This document shows positions 18,796-29,686 of a stretch of DNA of 64,000 nt, one piece after another. Both the position numbers and the translations under genes were made by a program. The stretch covers positions 77,382-141,381 of the forward strand of contig JBFHIG010000001.1 of the NCBI GenBank assembly GCA_041596615.1, in the 5' to 3' direction. Each line of letters starts with the position of its first letter. Position 1 is the stretch's first letter. The DNA is from Candidatus Moraniibacteriota bacterium. GTDB taxonomy: Bacteria; Patescibacteriota; Minisyncoccia; Moranbacterales; DUUL01. The notes under the pieces were generated by a model. It made no database searches. It worked only from the letters and a program-made list of their open reading frames with translations, and was not told the origin of the DNA.

Positions 18796-20505
18796 ATGAA
18801 ATTTATGCGTCAATCAAGGCTATTTGGAAAAACTTCAAAAACCGTTTCAAAAGAACTAAAAGCTATTAGTCATAAATATTTGCACCAAGGAGGTTTTATT
18901 CGCGAATCAACTGCTGGCAGGTATTATTTTTTGCCACTTGGAATCAGAGTCAGAGATAAGGTCGCAAAAATTATCGAGGAGGAGATGGACAGAGCGGGTG
19001 CTCAAAAAATGATTACCCCAGCTTTACATCCTTTGGAGCTTTGGAAAGAAACCAATAGAACTGACACAGCTGGGTTCGAACTTATGACCCTTGAAGATCG
19101 TCGTGGCTCTTCATTTGCTCTCGGTGGGACGGCAGAGGAAATGATAGTTGACCTTGTCAGAGGATATAACATAAGTTATAAGGATTTGCCTTTTAACATC
19201 TATCAATTTTCTTCAAAATTTCGCGATGAACTTCGTGCAAGAGGGGGGCTCTTAAGAGCACGAGAGTTTGTTATGAAAGATGGCTACTCTTTTCATGCCA
19301 ACGAAGAATGTTTCAAGAAAGAATATCAAAGTATGTGGGATACATATACTCGAATATTTGAAAGACTAGGGATGAAGTCATATGCTGTAGAGGCAGATAA
19401 TGGATATATTGGTGGCGAGTATTGTCACGAATTTGTTGTTGAATGCGAGGCTGGAGAAAGTGTATTTTTTGTTTCTGAAGATGAAGAATATATTGCCCAT
19501 GAAGATGTAGCTAAATTTAAAAGAGAAGATGTTAATTCAGAAGAAGAAATAAAAAATCTTGAAATCATTGAACAACCAGAATGGGTAAAGACAATGGAAG
19601 ATGTTCAAAAGCATTATAAGTTGCCAGCCTCAAGATTTTTAAAGAATGTTGTGTATAAAAATCGTATTTCAGAGGAAATTATAATTGCAACGATCAGGGG
19701 TGATTTAGAGGTTAATAAAACAAAACTGGAACAAGTTCTCGACATGGTTGGGATGCTCGAAGATGCTACAGAGAAAGACCTGGCTTTTATTGGAACAAAG
19801 ACCGGATATGTTCATTCCTGGGGTCACAAAAATTGCACATACATTGCCGATTTATCGCTTAGGACGGTGAAAAATTTTATCGGTGGACAAAAAGAGGAGA
19901 AAACTGACTCAATCAATGTTAATTATGGAAGAGATTTTGAGCATGAAATTATTGCTGATATCGCAATGGCAAAAAATGGTTTTTTGACTGAAGATGGGAA
20001 GCAAAAACTCGAAGAAAAGAGAGGTGTTGAGGTGGGGAATATTTTTCAACTTGGGAAACATTATTCATCTAGAATGAACGCAACTTTTGTTGATGCGGAA
20101 GGAAAGGAGAATCAATATTATATGGGTTGTTATGGAATTGGCTTAGGGAGAAATGTTGCAACGGTTGTTGAGAAGCATCATGATGAAAAAGGAATTATTT
20201 GGCCTTCGCAAATTGCTCCGTTTAAAGTTCATTTAATTGGAATACCTGGGAGAGATGGCTCTGCACGGAAAGAGATTGACGAATTTTACAAAGAGCTTCA
20301 AGAAAAAGGAATCGAGGTTTTATATGATGATCGCGATATAAATCCGGGAGAGAAATTTGCCGATGCAGATCTTATTGGTTGTCCTTATAGAATTGTAATT
20401 AGTCCAAAGACAATCGAACAGGGGAAGGTGGAGTTTAAAAAAAGAGCAGAGAAGGATGCACAGATAATTGAGAAGGAATCCTTATTCGAAATGCTATTAA
20501 AATAA
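18796..20505 (+). CDS. proS: Prolyl-tRNA synthetase
   Basis: 569 aa, class II aaRS, with ProRS-like sequence along its full length and a C-terminal anticodon-binding domain. Confidence 0.85.
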   Translation: MKFMRQSRLFGKTSKTVSKELKAISHKYLHQGGFIRESTAGRYYFLPLGIRVRDKVAKIIEEEMDRAGAQKMITPALHPLELWKETNRTDTAGFELMTLEDRRGSSFALGGTAEEMIVDLVRGYNISYKDLPFNIYQFSSKFRDELRARGGLLRAREFVMKDGYSFHANEECFKKEYQSMWDTYTRIFERLGMKSYAVEADNGYIGGEYCHEFVVECEAGESVFFVSEDEEYIAHEDVAKFKREDVNSEEEIKNLEIIEQPEWVKTMEDVQKHYKLPASRFLKNVVYKNRISEEIIIATIRGDLEVNKTKLEQVLDMVGMLEDATEKDLAFIGTKTGYVHSWGHKNCTYIADLSLRTVKNFIGGQKEEKTDSINVNYGRDFEHEIIADIAMAKNGFLTEDGKQKLEEKRGVEVGNIFQLGKHYSSRMNATFVDAEGKENQYYMGCYGIGLGRNVATVVEKHHDEKGIIWPSQIAPFKVHLIGIPGRDGSARKEIDEFYKELQEKGIEVLYDDRDINPGEKFADADLIGCPYRIVISPKTIEQGKVEFKKRAEKDAQIIEKESLFEMLLK

Positions 20506-20546
20506 AATATTCACAACAAGGTGGGGCAGTTTTAAAAGACAAAAAC

Positions 20547-20864
20547 ATGATAAGACATCTATCAACAGAAGAATACAAGAAACTTATCCAGAATAAAAAA
20601 GTCTGGAACCTTGATGTTAGAGAGAGTTATGAATTTGAGGACGGTCACATCGAAGATGCCATATTAGCTCCCTCTACAAGATTCGATGAATTTTTCGATG
20701 AGTTGAAAATAAAGAAAGTCGAAAAAATTGCCTTGTATTGCAGAAGTGGAAGCAGAAGTGCTTTTGTCGCTAAAAAGCTTGTTGAGAGGGGATATGAGAA
20801 TGTTTATAACCTAGAACTTGGTCTCATAGATTGGCAAAGAAAAGGATTTGAAGTTATTAAATAA
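20547..20864 (+). CDS. Rhodanese-domain protein
   Basis: Single rhodanese fold with the active-site loop CRSGSRS. Confidence 0.7.
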   Translation: MIRHLSTEEYKKLIQNKKVWNLDVRESYEFEDGHIEDAILAPSTRFDEFFDELKIKKVEKIALYCRSGSRSAFVAKKLVERGYENVYNLELGLIDWQRKGFEVIK

Positions 20865-20913
20865 GTCGAATGTGCTGTTTCTTATAAATATAATATAAAG
20901 TCGGAAAAAGAAT

Positions 20914-21972
20914 ATGAATATACTGAATAAATTTTTTGGAAGAATATCTCATGACATTGGTATAGATTTGGGAACAGCGAATACACTTGTTTATGTTAAG
21001 GGTAAGGGCATTGTAATTAACGAACCTTCTGTCGTTGCTGTTAATAAAAGAACCGGACAACTTCTGGCAATTGGAAAAGAGGCTCGGAAAATGGTTGGAA
21101 AAACACCGGGCCATATAGTTGTTTCTCGTCCCTTGGTGGATGGAGTTATCTCAGATTATGAGACGACCGAACAGATGTTGAAATACTTTATTCAAAAAAT
21201 TCACGTTGATACATTCACTCTTTTGCCTAGACCGAGAGTTATTGTCGGAATTCCTTCTGGTGTTACTGAAGTTGAAAAACGGGCTGTGTTTGATGCAACT
21301 ATAAGTGCTGGTGCCAGAGAAGCTTTTTTGATTGATGAACCTATGGCAGCTTCAATTGGAGCTCGTTTGCCAGTTCAAGATGCTGCCGGAAACATGATTG
21401 TGGATATCGGGGGCGGGACAACTGAAGTTGCAGTTATTTCTTTGGGCGGAGTCGTAATCAGCAGAAGCCTGAGGGTTGCTGGAGATGAAATGAATGAGGA
21501 TGTAATACGTTTTGCTCGAGATAAGCATAATTTGCTCTTAGGGGAGAGGAGTGCTGAAGATATTAAAATCGCAATTGGGAGTGCATATAAAATGGAGGAT
21601 GAGCTTGAAATGTCTATTCGTGGAAGAGATTTAATCAGTGGTTTGCCAAAAGAGGTTGTTATCAATGACACACAAGTAAGAGAAGCACTGTCAAGATCCA
21701 TTAAAATCATAGTGAACAGTATTAAATCAGCCATTGAAGAGACTCCTCCAGAGTTGGTTGGAGATATTATGCAAAGAGGGATAATTTTAGCTGGAGGAGG
21801 AGGTCTGATTAGAGGCTTGGATCGTTTGATTTCAGAACAAACAGAAATGCCAGTGAAAAGAATGGAGGATCCTTTAACAGCAGTTGTTAGGGGCACTGGA
21901 ATTGTTTTGGAAAATTTGGATGAACTAAGAGGTGTTCTGATGGAGTCTAGCGATGACAAAAGGCTTTGGTAA
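20914..21972 (+). CDS. mreB: Rod-shape-determining protein MreB
   Basis: IGIDLGTANTLVYVKGKGIV ... DIGGGTTEVAVIS are actin-like ATPase motifs. Confidence 0.9.
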   Translation: MNILNKFFGRISHDIGIDLGTANTLVYVKGKGIVINEPSVVAVNKRTGQLLAIGKEARKMVGKTPGHIVVSRPLVDGVISDYETTEQMLKYFIQKIHVDTFTLLPRPRVIVGIPSGVTEVEKRAVFDATISAGAREAFLIDEPMAASIGARLPVQDAAGNMIVDIGGGTTEVAVISLGGVVISRSLRVAGDEMNEDVIRFARDKHNLLLGERSAEDIKIAIGSAYKMEDELEMSIRGRDLISGLPKEVVINDTQVREALSRSIKIIVNSIKSAIEETPPELVGDIMQRGIILAGGGGLIRGLDRLISEQTEMPVKRMEDPLTAVVRGTGIVLENLDELRGVLMESSDDKRLW

Positions 21973-22004
21973 TAAAAAGGTACAGATAAAAGCACAAAAA
22001 GAAT

Positions 22005-22814
22005 ATGAATTTATCAAAAAAAAGCAATTTAGCAATTTTATTCATAGTCATTTTTTGTGTTATGATTTTAATGTTTTTCAATAGAAATGCTAAAAATAAG
22101 CCATTGGAGAGCCCAATTCGTTCTGCGGCAAATCCCGTGGCTAAGTTTTTTTCAGGAATAGGAGTGTGGTCGGATGACAAGTTTTCATTTCTAACAGAGA
22201 TTGGTAGTTTAAAGAATCAGAATAAAACCTTGTTTGAAGATAATGCAAAGTTAAAAGCAAAAATTGCAAAACTTGAAGATGTTGAGAAGGAAAATGAAGA
22301 GTTGAGAAATCAGATCAAATTGGCTCCTAGGGAAAAATATTCTTTAATAAGTGCTCTTGTTGTTGGGAAGGATTTGAAGGATCAAGGAGAGATGATTCAT
22401 TTGAATAGGGGAAAAAAGGATGGGATTAAAGAGCAGATGGCAGTTATTGTTGGAGAAGGGATTTTTATAGGTAAAGTCTTGGAAGTTTTTGAAAATTCTT
22501 GTGACGTAGAATTGCTTATAAATAGAAATTCAAAGATAAACGCAGAAATAATTAAGACTGGTGCGAAGGGAATCGCAAGGGGTCAATTTGGAACTTCGAT
22601 TGTTTTGGATATGATTCCTCAAGCAGTAAAAATAGAACATGGGGACGCCGTGATAACATCTGGTGTTGGTGGCATATTGCCCAGAGGACTTTTAATCGGG
22701 TATACGCAAGAGCCAATCCCAACTTCCGATCAGCTTTTTCAAAAAACTTCTTTAATTTTGCCATTTCAACTCGATAAACTGAGGGTGGTATGGATTGTTG
22801 ATGGTAAAAAATAA
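22005..22814 (+). CDS. mreC: Rod-shape-determining protein MreC
   Basis: N-terminal TM helix, coiled coil and a beta-rich C-terminus, sitting immediately after mreB. Confidence 0.7.
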   Translation: MNLSKKSNLAILFIVIFCVMILMFFNRNAKNKPLESPIRSAANPVAKFFSGIGVWSDDKFSFLTEIGSLKNQNKTLFEDNAKLKAKIAKLEDVEKENEELRNQIKLAPREKYSLISALVVGKDLKDQGEMIHLNRGKKDGIKEQMAVIVGEGIFIGKVLEVFENSCDVELLINRNSKINAEIIKTGAKGIARGQFGTSIVLDMIPQAVKIEHGDAVITSGVGGILPRGLLIGYTQEPIPTSDQLFQKTSLILPFQLDKLRVVWIVDGKK

Positions 22815-22819
22815 ACCAG

Positions 22820-23353
22820 ATGAAAAAAACAATTTTTATATTTATTTTGTTAGTTTTTTTTCTACAATATTCATTTTTCTCTATGATTGATGGATTAGGG
22901 GCTATAAACTCAGGATTATTATTAAGTTTTTTGTTGGTAGTGTTTCTTCGCAGGAATTATCTAGAGAGTATCGGCTGGGCGATTTTTGGTGGACTTTTAA
23001 TGGATTATTTTTCTCAAGCACCTCTGGGTTTTTATATAATTAATTTCACGATTTTGATTTTTTTGGTCGATATTCTCAAGAGGAAGATTGCCCTGAAAGA
23101 GATGCACTTTTCTACTGTGTCGCTGATTGTTTTTGCAGGAGTAATTGTCTCGGATATTTTAGCAACGCTTTTTTTTAGCTTCCTTTCCTGGGTTAAGATA
23201 ACAAGTCAAATGCAAACGTTTAATTTTTCAATTAAATATTTTTTTGTAAGCATGGTTTTGTCGGTGGTTGGTTTGTTGTTTTACCAATTGATTATATTTA
23301 TTGAAAGAGTTTTTGGTATCGGCTCTAGGGAGATTAAAATAGATAAAATGTGA
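22820..23353 (+). CDS. mreD: Rod-shape-determining protein MreD (polytopic membrane protein)
   Basis: Position in the mreBCD-mrdA cluster, about 5 TM helices, and an ATGA overlap with the next gene. Confidence 0.5.
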   Translation: MKKTIFIFILLVFFLQYSFFSMIDGLGAINSGLLLSFLLVVFLRRNYLESIGWAIFGGLLMDYFSQAPLGFYIINFTILIFLVDILKRKIALKEMHFSTVSLIVFAGVIVSDILATLFFSFLSWVKITSQMQTFNFSIKYFFVSMVLSVVGLLFYQLIIFIERVFGIGSREIKIDKM

Positions 23354-25359
23354 TGTTTAATAATAAGAAAAATAGGTTTACAAATAGAGATTTTGATATT
23401 GAAAATCCCTTGGAATATGTTTCAGAGGATGCTAGTTTTGTGTTTGAGGATGACGAAAAAGATGTTGATTCTACAAAAAACGATAAGAAATTATTGTGGA
23501 TCGCAACCTTTTTTCTATTAATAGCTTTATTTTCCAGAACTTTTTTCCTGCAAGTTATTAAGGGACCTTATTATAAGGAGGTTGCAGAAAATAATCGGGT
23601 TCGAGAAGTTGTGGTTAAAGCCCCAAGAGGGATTATCCGTGATAGGTATGGGGAGGTTTTAGCTCTTAATATACCCAGTTTCGAAGTTACTTTTGTTCCT
23701 TTGAATTTACCAGAAGATGAAAGTGCCTGGAAAGAATTGGTGGCAAAACTAGGAGAGCTTCTTGGTCAAGATTTAAATCAAGAAGAGGTTCTTTCTCAAA
23801 TGATGCAAGCTTCAAAAACTGACCAGAGAAGTTATTTGATTCAAAAAAACGTTGAGCAGGACAAGGCTTTCGAAATTATTGAGCGTTCAGTTGAATTTCC
23901 TGGAATATATATAGGGAAGACCGCCAGAAGAGAATATGTGGATGGTGAGATATTTTCAAAAATAATTGGCTATGACGGAAAGATAACCAAAGAGGAACTG
24001 GAGGAAAATCCGACATACTTAATGACTGATTATATTGGTAAAAATGGAATAGAATATACTTATGAAAAACAATTGCATGGAGAGCATGGGATGCATCGTT
24101 TTGAGGTGGATGCCTTAGGAAACATTAAAGAGGATCTTGGAGAAATAAATCCAGTTTCAGGGGACGGGTTGATTTTAAATATTGATGCAAAATTGCAGAA
24201 AGAGGCGACGGAAATTGCGAAGAGAACTCTTGAAATAAACAAGGACGCAACAGGAATAGCGATTGTGGCTCTTGATCCGCAAACTGGGGGCGTAAGGGCT
24301 TTGGTGAGCTTGCCAAGTTTTGATAACAATATGTTTGCGCGGGGAATTTCAAACAGTGAATATGCTGAGCTTGTTAATAACGAAAAAAAACCGCTTTTGG
24401 ATAGAGCTACTAAGGGGGAATATCCACCTGGTTCGCCTTATAAGATTATGATGGCAGCAGCAGCCTTAGAAGAAGGGGTTATTGCTGAAAATACCCAGGT
24501 TAATTGTGGAGGGGCGATTCATGTAGGCGCCTGGGCTTTTCCAGACTGGAAAACCCATGGAATAACAGACGTGAGAAAGGCAATCGCTCAAAGTTGTGAT
24601 GTTTTTTTCTATACGGTAGCTGGTGGCTGGGGAGACATTGGTGGTCTTGGTATCAAGCGAATGGAAATCTATGCCAACATGTTTGGTTATGGAAAGCCAA
24701 CGGGTATTGATTTACCAGGAGAACAAAGTGGAAATGTACCAAGTGGTGATTGGAAATTTAAACGTTTTGGGGAAAATTGGTATATTGGGGATACTTACCA
24801 TGCTGCAATTGGGCAGGGTTATGTTACAGCAACACCTTTGCAGGTTGCATATTCAATCTCTATTATTGCCAATGGAGGTAAATCAATCAAGCCCAAAATA
24901 GTCGACAAAATTTTGCACACTGACACAGGAGAGGAAGAGATTTTGAAGCCAGAAATAATCGAAGCACAGGTGGTTTCACAAAAAACTATCGACGTTGTTC
25001 GTAGAGGAATGAGGGACACCGTTTTTTCCGATGGTGGCTCAGGCTCAAGTTTGCGAAGTTTGAAGGTTGAAACTGCTGGCAAAACCGGGACGGCGCAATT
25101 TGGTGCGGACGAGAAATTACATTCTTGGTATTCTTCTTTTGCGCCATTTGAAAATCCCGAGCTAGCAATGATTGTTTTGGTTGAGGGTGGAGGAGAGGGG
25201 CATTCATGGGCAGTGCCAATCACCAAAGAAATCTACGAATGGTATTTTGATAGAAAGCGGGGGGAAATCAAAAAAGAAGGAGAAACAGAAATTGTACCAG
25301 TGGAGGTTGTTCCAGATGAGGCCATTCCAGAAGATACTCCTGTTATTGGGAGGGATTAA
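23350..25359 (+). CDS. mrdA: Penicillin-binding protein 2 (peptidoglycan D,D-transpeptidase)
   Basis: N-terminal TM helix, PBP dimerisation domain, and transpeptidase motifs SPYK (SxxK), SxN and KTGTA. Confidence 0.85.
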   Translation: MMFNNKKNRFTNRDFDIENPLEYVSEDASFVFEDDEKDVDSTKNDKKLLWIATFFLLIALFSRTFFLQVIKGPYYKEVAENNRVREVVVKAPRGIIRDRYGEVLALNIPSFEVTFVPLNLPEDESAWKELVAKLGELLGQDLNQEEVLSQMMQASKTDQRSYLIQKNVEQDKAFEIIERSVEFPGIYIGKTARREYVDGEIFSKIIGYDGKITKEELEENPTYLMTDYIGKNGIEYTYEKQLHGEHGMHRFEVDALGNIKEDLGEINPVSGDGLILNIDAKLQKEATEIAKRTLEINKDATGIAIVALDPQTGGVRALVSLPSFDNNMFARGISNSEYAELVNNEKKPLLDRATKGEYPPGSPYKIMMAAAALEEGVIAENTQVNCGGAIHVGAWAFPDWKTHGITDVRKAIAQSCDVFFYTVAGGWGDIGGLGIKRMEIYANMFGYGKPTGIDLPGEQSGNVPSGDWKFKRFGENWYIGDTYHAAIGQGYVTATPLQVAYSISIIANGGKSIKPKIVDKILHTDTGEEEILKPEIIEAQVVSQKTIDVVRRGMRDTVFSDGGSGSSLRSLKVETAGKTGTAQFGADEKLHSWYSSFAPFENPELAMIVLVEGGGEGHSWAVPITKEIYEWYFDRKRGEIKKEGETEIVPVEVVPDEAIPEDTPVIGRD

Positions 25360-25528
25360 ATAGTTCACCATAGAGTGTCGTATTAATTTTCAGTTTAAAA
25401 ACACTTTAACAATCCCATCTTCCCGAGGAGGACGACCAGCAAGAGATTGAGGAGTAAGAGATGACAATTCCTTTTTCTGGTGCTATAATGACAAACGATT
25501 TGAAATAACAATTTTAAGGTAAATATAT

Positions 25529-26245
25529 ATGTCGGGACATTCAAAGTGGTCTACAATTAAACATAAAAAAGCAGCTTTGGACGCAAAAAGGTCCAATGTT
25601 TTTACGAAACTTGCTAAAGATATTACAATCGCAGCCCGTGATGGTGGCGACCCAAATATGAATTTTAAGCTTAGAATGGCGATGGATCGCGCGCGAAGTT
25701 CAAATATGCCAAAGGACAACATGGAAAGAGCTATCAAAGCTGGAACCGGAGAGAATAAAGATGGCGTTGTTATCGAAGAACTGGTTTATGAAGGGTATGG
25801 CCCAGGGCAAGTTGCAATGCTTGTAAAGACTGCTACTGACAACAAAAACAGAACTCTCGCTGAAGTTCGGAATGCATTGAATAAAAATGGAGGCAAGATG
25901 GTTGAGGGAGGGAGTGTTAGTTGGCAATTTGAGCAAGTGGGAGTCCTGGAGGTTGAAAAACCGGAAATGGACGAGGAAGAGCTAGAAATGATTTTTATTG
26001 AAGCGGATGTAAAGGACTACAAGGAAGAGGAAGATATTTGGTTTGTTTATACGGATATGACAAAACTTCAAAAAGTCCAAGAATCCCTTGAGAGTGCCGG
26101 ATTGAAAATAACAGCTGCCTCAATCGGTTATATTGCAAAGGATACAATTGAAATTGATGAGGATACACAAGAGAAATATGAGAAACTTTTAATGGCGCTT
26201 GATGAACAAGACGACGTTGTAGATATTTTTGATAACTTGTCATAA
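25529..26245 (+). CDS. yebC: YebC/PmpR-family transcriptional regulator
   Basis: MSGHSKWSTIKHKKAALDAKRSNVFTKL is diagnostic. A TGcTATAAT extended -10 lies upstream at ~25476. Confidence 0.9.
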   Translation: MSGHSKWSTIKHKKAALDAKRSNVFTKLAKDITIAARDGGDPNMNFKLRMAMDRARSSNMPKDNMERAIKAGTGENKDGVVIEELVYEGYGPGQVAMLVKTATDNKNRTLAEVRNALNKNGGKMVEGGSVSWQFEQVGVLEVEKPEMDEEELEMIFIEADVKDYKEEEDIWFVYTDMTKLQKVQESLESAGLKITAASIGYIAKDTIEIDEDTQEKYEKLLMALDEQDDVVDIFDNLS

Positions 26246-26257
26246 GGCAAATATAGA

Positions 26258-26776
26258 ATGGATTTAAAACAAAAAAAAGAAATAACAATTTTAGGAATTG
26301 ATCCAGGGACAGCCACCACAGGATGGGGGGTGATTGTTGAAAAAAAAGGAAATTGTGACGTTGTTGCATATGGTGCGATTGAGACCTCAAAGAACAAAGA
26401 AGGTGTCGCAAGGCTAAAAGAGATTGCTAATGATTTGGAAATAATAATAGCGAAGTATCAACCAGATGAAGTCGGAATAGAGGATTTGTTTTTTTGCAAC
26501 AACGTTACGACAGCAATTAAGGTTGCTCAGGCTCGTGGAGTAATGCTTTTAATATGCAGTAGGGCAAGGTTGCCAATTGGTGAATATACCCCATTACAAG
26601 TCAAACAGGCGCTTACTGGATATGGAAAAGCTGATAAGACTCAAGTCCAGCAGATGGTTAAGCAATTTTTGAAGCTTGGAAAAATCCCAAAGCCGGATGA
26701 TGCGGCAGATGCGTTGGCCGTAGCGATTTGTCATCAGAATTCTAGAAAAATAAAAGGACTGAACAAAATTGGGTAA
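26258..26776 (+). CDS. ruvC: Holliday junction resolvase RuvC
   Basis: ILGIDPGTATTGWGVI and the catalytic acidic residues. Confidence 0.9.
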   Translation: MDLKQKKEITILGIDPGTATTGWGVIVEKKGNCDVVAYGAIETSKNKEGVARLKEIANDLEIIIAKYQPDEVGIEDLFFCNNVTTAIKVAQARGVMLLICSRARLPIGEYTPLQVKQALTGYGKADKTQVQQMVKQFLKLGKIPKPDDAADALAVAICHQNSRKIKGLNKIG

Positions 26777-26866
26777 GTGTTTTATCTCTTAGAATGGTGC
26801 TTGTAAAAAACAGAAGGATTGGATATACTGTAGAACTGCGAATATGAAAAAGATAGCTTAAAATAA

Positions 26867-28261
26867 ATGGAAAAAATAGACAAAAGCACAAATAAATCAA
26901 AACAGGTAACATCCCTTCATCGTGATCGTTTGCGTATGCCACCTCACAACAATGAGGCTGAAGAGTCTGTTCTGGGCTCTGTAATGTTGGACAAGGATGC
27001 GATTGTAAAGGTGGCTGATATTATCAGACCAAGCGATTTTTATAATGATAAAAATCAAATTATTTTTGAAGTAATTCAGGAGCTATATAATGAACAATCG
27101 CCACTTGATATTTTGAACATATCGTCACGACTTAAAGAGAAAAGTCTATTGAAAACTGTTGGTGGAAGGACTTATTTAACAGAGCTTATCAATGCAGTTC
27201 CTAGCGCCTCAAATGTTGTTTCATATGCGAAATTAGTTAGGAATAAATCATCATTAAGGCGTTTAATTTCAGCAGCTTCTGATGTTGTTGAGATGGGGTA
27301 TGAAGAATCACGCCCTATTGACGAAATCATGGATAACGCTCAACAAAAGCTTTTTGCAATTTCTAGCACCTCAGCAAAGCAGGAATTTACTTCAATGAAT
27401 TCTCTTTTGGAAAGTGCTTTTTTGAGAATCGATGATATGCATAAAAATAAGGATAAATTTAGAGGTGTGGAAACAGGAATGAGAGACATAGATAGTCTTT
27501 TATCTGGCTTGCAAAAATCGGATTTAATAATTTTAGCTGCACGACCAGCTATCGGAAAAACTTCTTTTGCTTTGCAAATTGCTCGTCACGCCGCAGTGGC
27601 CACAAAAGCTTCAGTAGGCGTTTTTTCTTTGGAGATGTCCTCTGATCAGTTGGTGGATAGGATGTTAAGTGCTGAGGCTAAAGTTAATTTGTGGGCTTTG
27701 CGAACAGGAAATCTTGATGAAGAGGATGATGATTTCCAAAAGATAGGAGAGGCAATGGGAATTTTATCTGAAGCCCCAATACATATAGATGATAGTGCTA
27801 CTGCTAATATTATGGAGATGAGAACAATGGCAAGGCGTTTGCAGGCGGAGCATGGGCTGGATCTGTTAATTATAGACTATTTGCAGCTTATGGAGGGTCG
27901 TGGAAAGTCAGAATCCCGTGTTAATGAAATTTCAGAAATCTCAAGAGGTTTAAAAAATCTTGCGAAAGAACTCAATGTTCCAATTGTGGCTCTTTCTCAG
28001 CTTTCTCGTGCTGTGGAGTCGAGAAGTCCACAAATTCCGAAACTTTCTGACTTGCGAGAATCTGGGTCAATTGAGCAGGATGCCGATATTGTGATGTTTT
28101 TATATCGTGAGGACAGAGAAAATCCTGATACAGAAAACAAAAACATTATTGAAGTTCACATTGCAAAGCATAGAAATGGTCCAACCGGGCAAGTTAGTTT
28201 GTATTTCAATGAAGAATCAACATCCTTTCATTCACTAGATAAACACCACTCCCAACAATAA
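26867..28261 (+). CDS. dnaB: Replicative DNA helicase DnaB
   Basis: N-terminal domain (PHNNEAEESVLGSVMLD), Walker A GARPAIGKTSFAL, and RecA-like motifs. Confidence 0.9.
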   Translation: MEKIDKSTNKSKQVTSLHRDRLRMPPHNNEAEESVLGSVMLDKDAIVKVADIIRPSDFYNDKNQIIFEVIQELYNEQSPLDILNISSRLKEKSLLKTVGGRTYLTELINAVPSASNVVSYAKLVRNKSSLRRLISAASDVVEMGYEESRPIDEIMDNAQQKLFAISSTSAKQEFTSMNSLLESAFLRIDDMHKNKDKFRGVETGMRDIDSLLSGLQKSDLIILAARPAIGKTSFALQIARHAAVATKASVGVFSLEMSSDQLVDRMLSAEAKVNLWALRTGNLDEEDDDFQKIGEAMGILSEAPIHIDDSATANIMEMRTMARRLQAEHGLDLLIIDYLQLMEGRGKSESRVNEISEISRGLKNLAKELNVPIVALSQLSRAVESRSPQIPKLSDLRESGSIEQDADIVMFLYREDRENPDTENKNIIEVHIAKHRNGPTGQVSLYFNEESTSFHSLDKHHSQQ

Positions 28262-28302
28262 AATTAAGTGTGTTGTAGTATATTAAAATTAAAATTAAAA
28301 AA

Positions 28303-28899
28303 GTGTTCCCAAAGACATTTCAAAAACTCATAGATCAATTTTCAGCACTTCCTTCCGTTGGACCAAAAATGGCTGAAAGATTGGTCTTATATCTTTTCAA
28401 GCAAAACACTGACGGTCTCAAACAATTTGCAAGAGACCTGCATGATTTTGCAACTAATGTGCATTATTGTTCAAGATGTTATAATATATCTGAGGAGGAG
28501 GGGGAGTGTTCAATTTGCAAAAGTAAGAAGAGAGATGAAACTACCGTTTGTGTTGTGGAAGAACCCTTGGATGTGATTGCTTTTGAAAAAACTCGCCGCT
28601 ACCTTGGTCTATATCATGTTCTTGGTGGAAATCTTAGCGTGATGAGTCCAACCGAAATCAAGAAGCTAAAGATTAATGAGTTGGCTGACAGGGTTAAAAA
28701 TGAAAAAATAAAAGAAGTTATAATCGCAACAAATCCAACAACTGACGGAGAAACTACCTCCTTGTATCTTGGTAGAATCTTGCGACCACTGAATGTTAAG
28801 GTAACCAGAATAGCAAGAGGACTTCCAACAGGCGGTGATATTGAATATGCTGATGAAATGACCCTACTGGGAGCCCTGGATGGCAGGAAAGAAATTTAA
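28303..28899 (+). CDS. recR: Recombination protein RecR
   Basis: HhH region, C4 zinc finger (CSRCYN ... CSIC), Toprim domain. Confidence 0.9.
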   Translation: MFPKTFQKLIDQFSALPSVGPKMAERLVLYLFKQNTDGLKQFARDLHDFATNVHYCSRCYNISEEEGECSICKSKKRDETTVCVVEEPLDVIAFEKTRRYLGLYHVLGGNLSVMSPTEIKKLKINELADRVKNEKIKEVIIATNPTTDGETTSLYLGRILRPLNVKVTRIARGLPTGGDIEYADEMTLLGALDGRKEI

Positions 28900-28933
28900 T
28901 ATTAGGTTATATTAAGTTTTAAATATCAAAAAA

Positions 28934-29596
28934 ATGAGCAAAAAAATTCAAATGCTCTTGGTTGCTAGTTTGTTCTGTGTTTCTTTAACTGGCTGTGGTA
29001 AAAAAACAAATGATGAAGGCGTCAACCAAGATTTGCCTGGTGATTCAAAGGCGAATGAAACAAGAAATATAGCGGAAAATAATGGTGATGATTCCATGAT
29101 GCAAACAATGGAGAAAAGCGGACTCGCTGATTTGATAGGACGAGGCGCGAAAGTAAAGTGTGAATATCAAATGAAAGAAGGAGACGGAGAAGTGAACGTG
29201 ACAACGTACATCGATGGTGAGAAGTTCAGGGCAGAAACTAATACCGGGGAAATGGAAGCTTTTTCAGTTTTCGATGGTGACGCTTATTATTCTTGGGTAA
29301 AAGGAGAGACAAAACAAGGAACAAAAATGACAAGGAGTTGTTTGGAGGATATTAAAACAAATTCACCTGCGAACGAAACTGCTGAAGAAAAGAATCAGTT
29401 TAACAGCGTGGATGATATTGTAAGGCAAGAAAGTGAAATGAAAATGAGTTGTCAGGAAGTAGATTCAATTGATTTTGAAATTCCAACTGATGTAAATTTT
29501 ATTGACACCTGCAAAATGATGGAAGGTGTGCAGAATCAAACTCAGAACATGGAAGAAATTCAAAAACAAATGGAGCAGATGCAGAAAGGTTTATAG
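28934..29596 (+). CDS. Hypothetical lipoprotein (Met/Glu/Gln-rich)
   Basis: Signal peptide with the lipobox LTGC. No recognisable domain. Confidence 0.4.
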   Translation: MSKKIQMLLVASLFCVSLTGCGKKTNDEGVNQDLPGDSKANETRNIAENNGDDSMMQTMEKSGLADLIGRGAKVKCEYQMKEGDGEVNVTTYIDGEKFRAETNTGEMEAFSVFDGDAYYSWVKGETKQGTKMTRSCLEDIKTNSPANETAEEKNQFNSVDDIVRQESEMKMSCQEVDSIDFEIPTDVNFIDTCKMMEGVQNQTQNMEEIQKQMEQMQKGL

Positions 29597-29603
29597 TTTG
29601 GCT

Positions 29604-29660
29604 CATTAATACAGACAAAAAGAAAATCCCTTGCGCCGGTAGTTACGGTACAAGGGATTT
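29604..29660. terminator. Bidirectional terminator between convergent genes
   Basis: ATCCCTTG ... CAAGGGAT stem followed by a T-run. Confidence 0.5.
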
Positions 29661-29686
29661 TTGTTTGCAGTTGTAGCTAGTTGGAA

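Noticed and set aside
21375-21995. 206-aa minus-strand ORF
   Set aside because: Antisense to mreB; a shadow ORF with low-complexity Ser/Pro/Ile composition.
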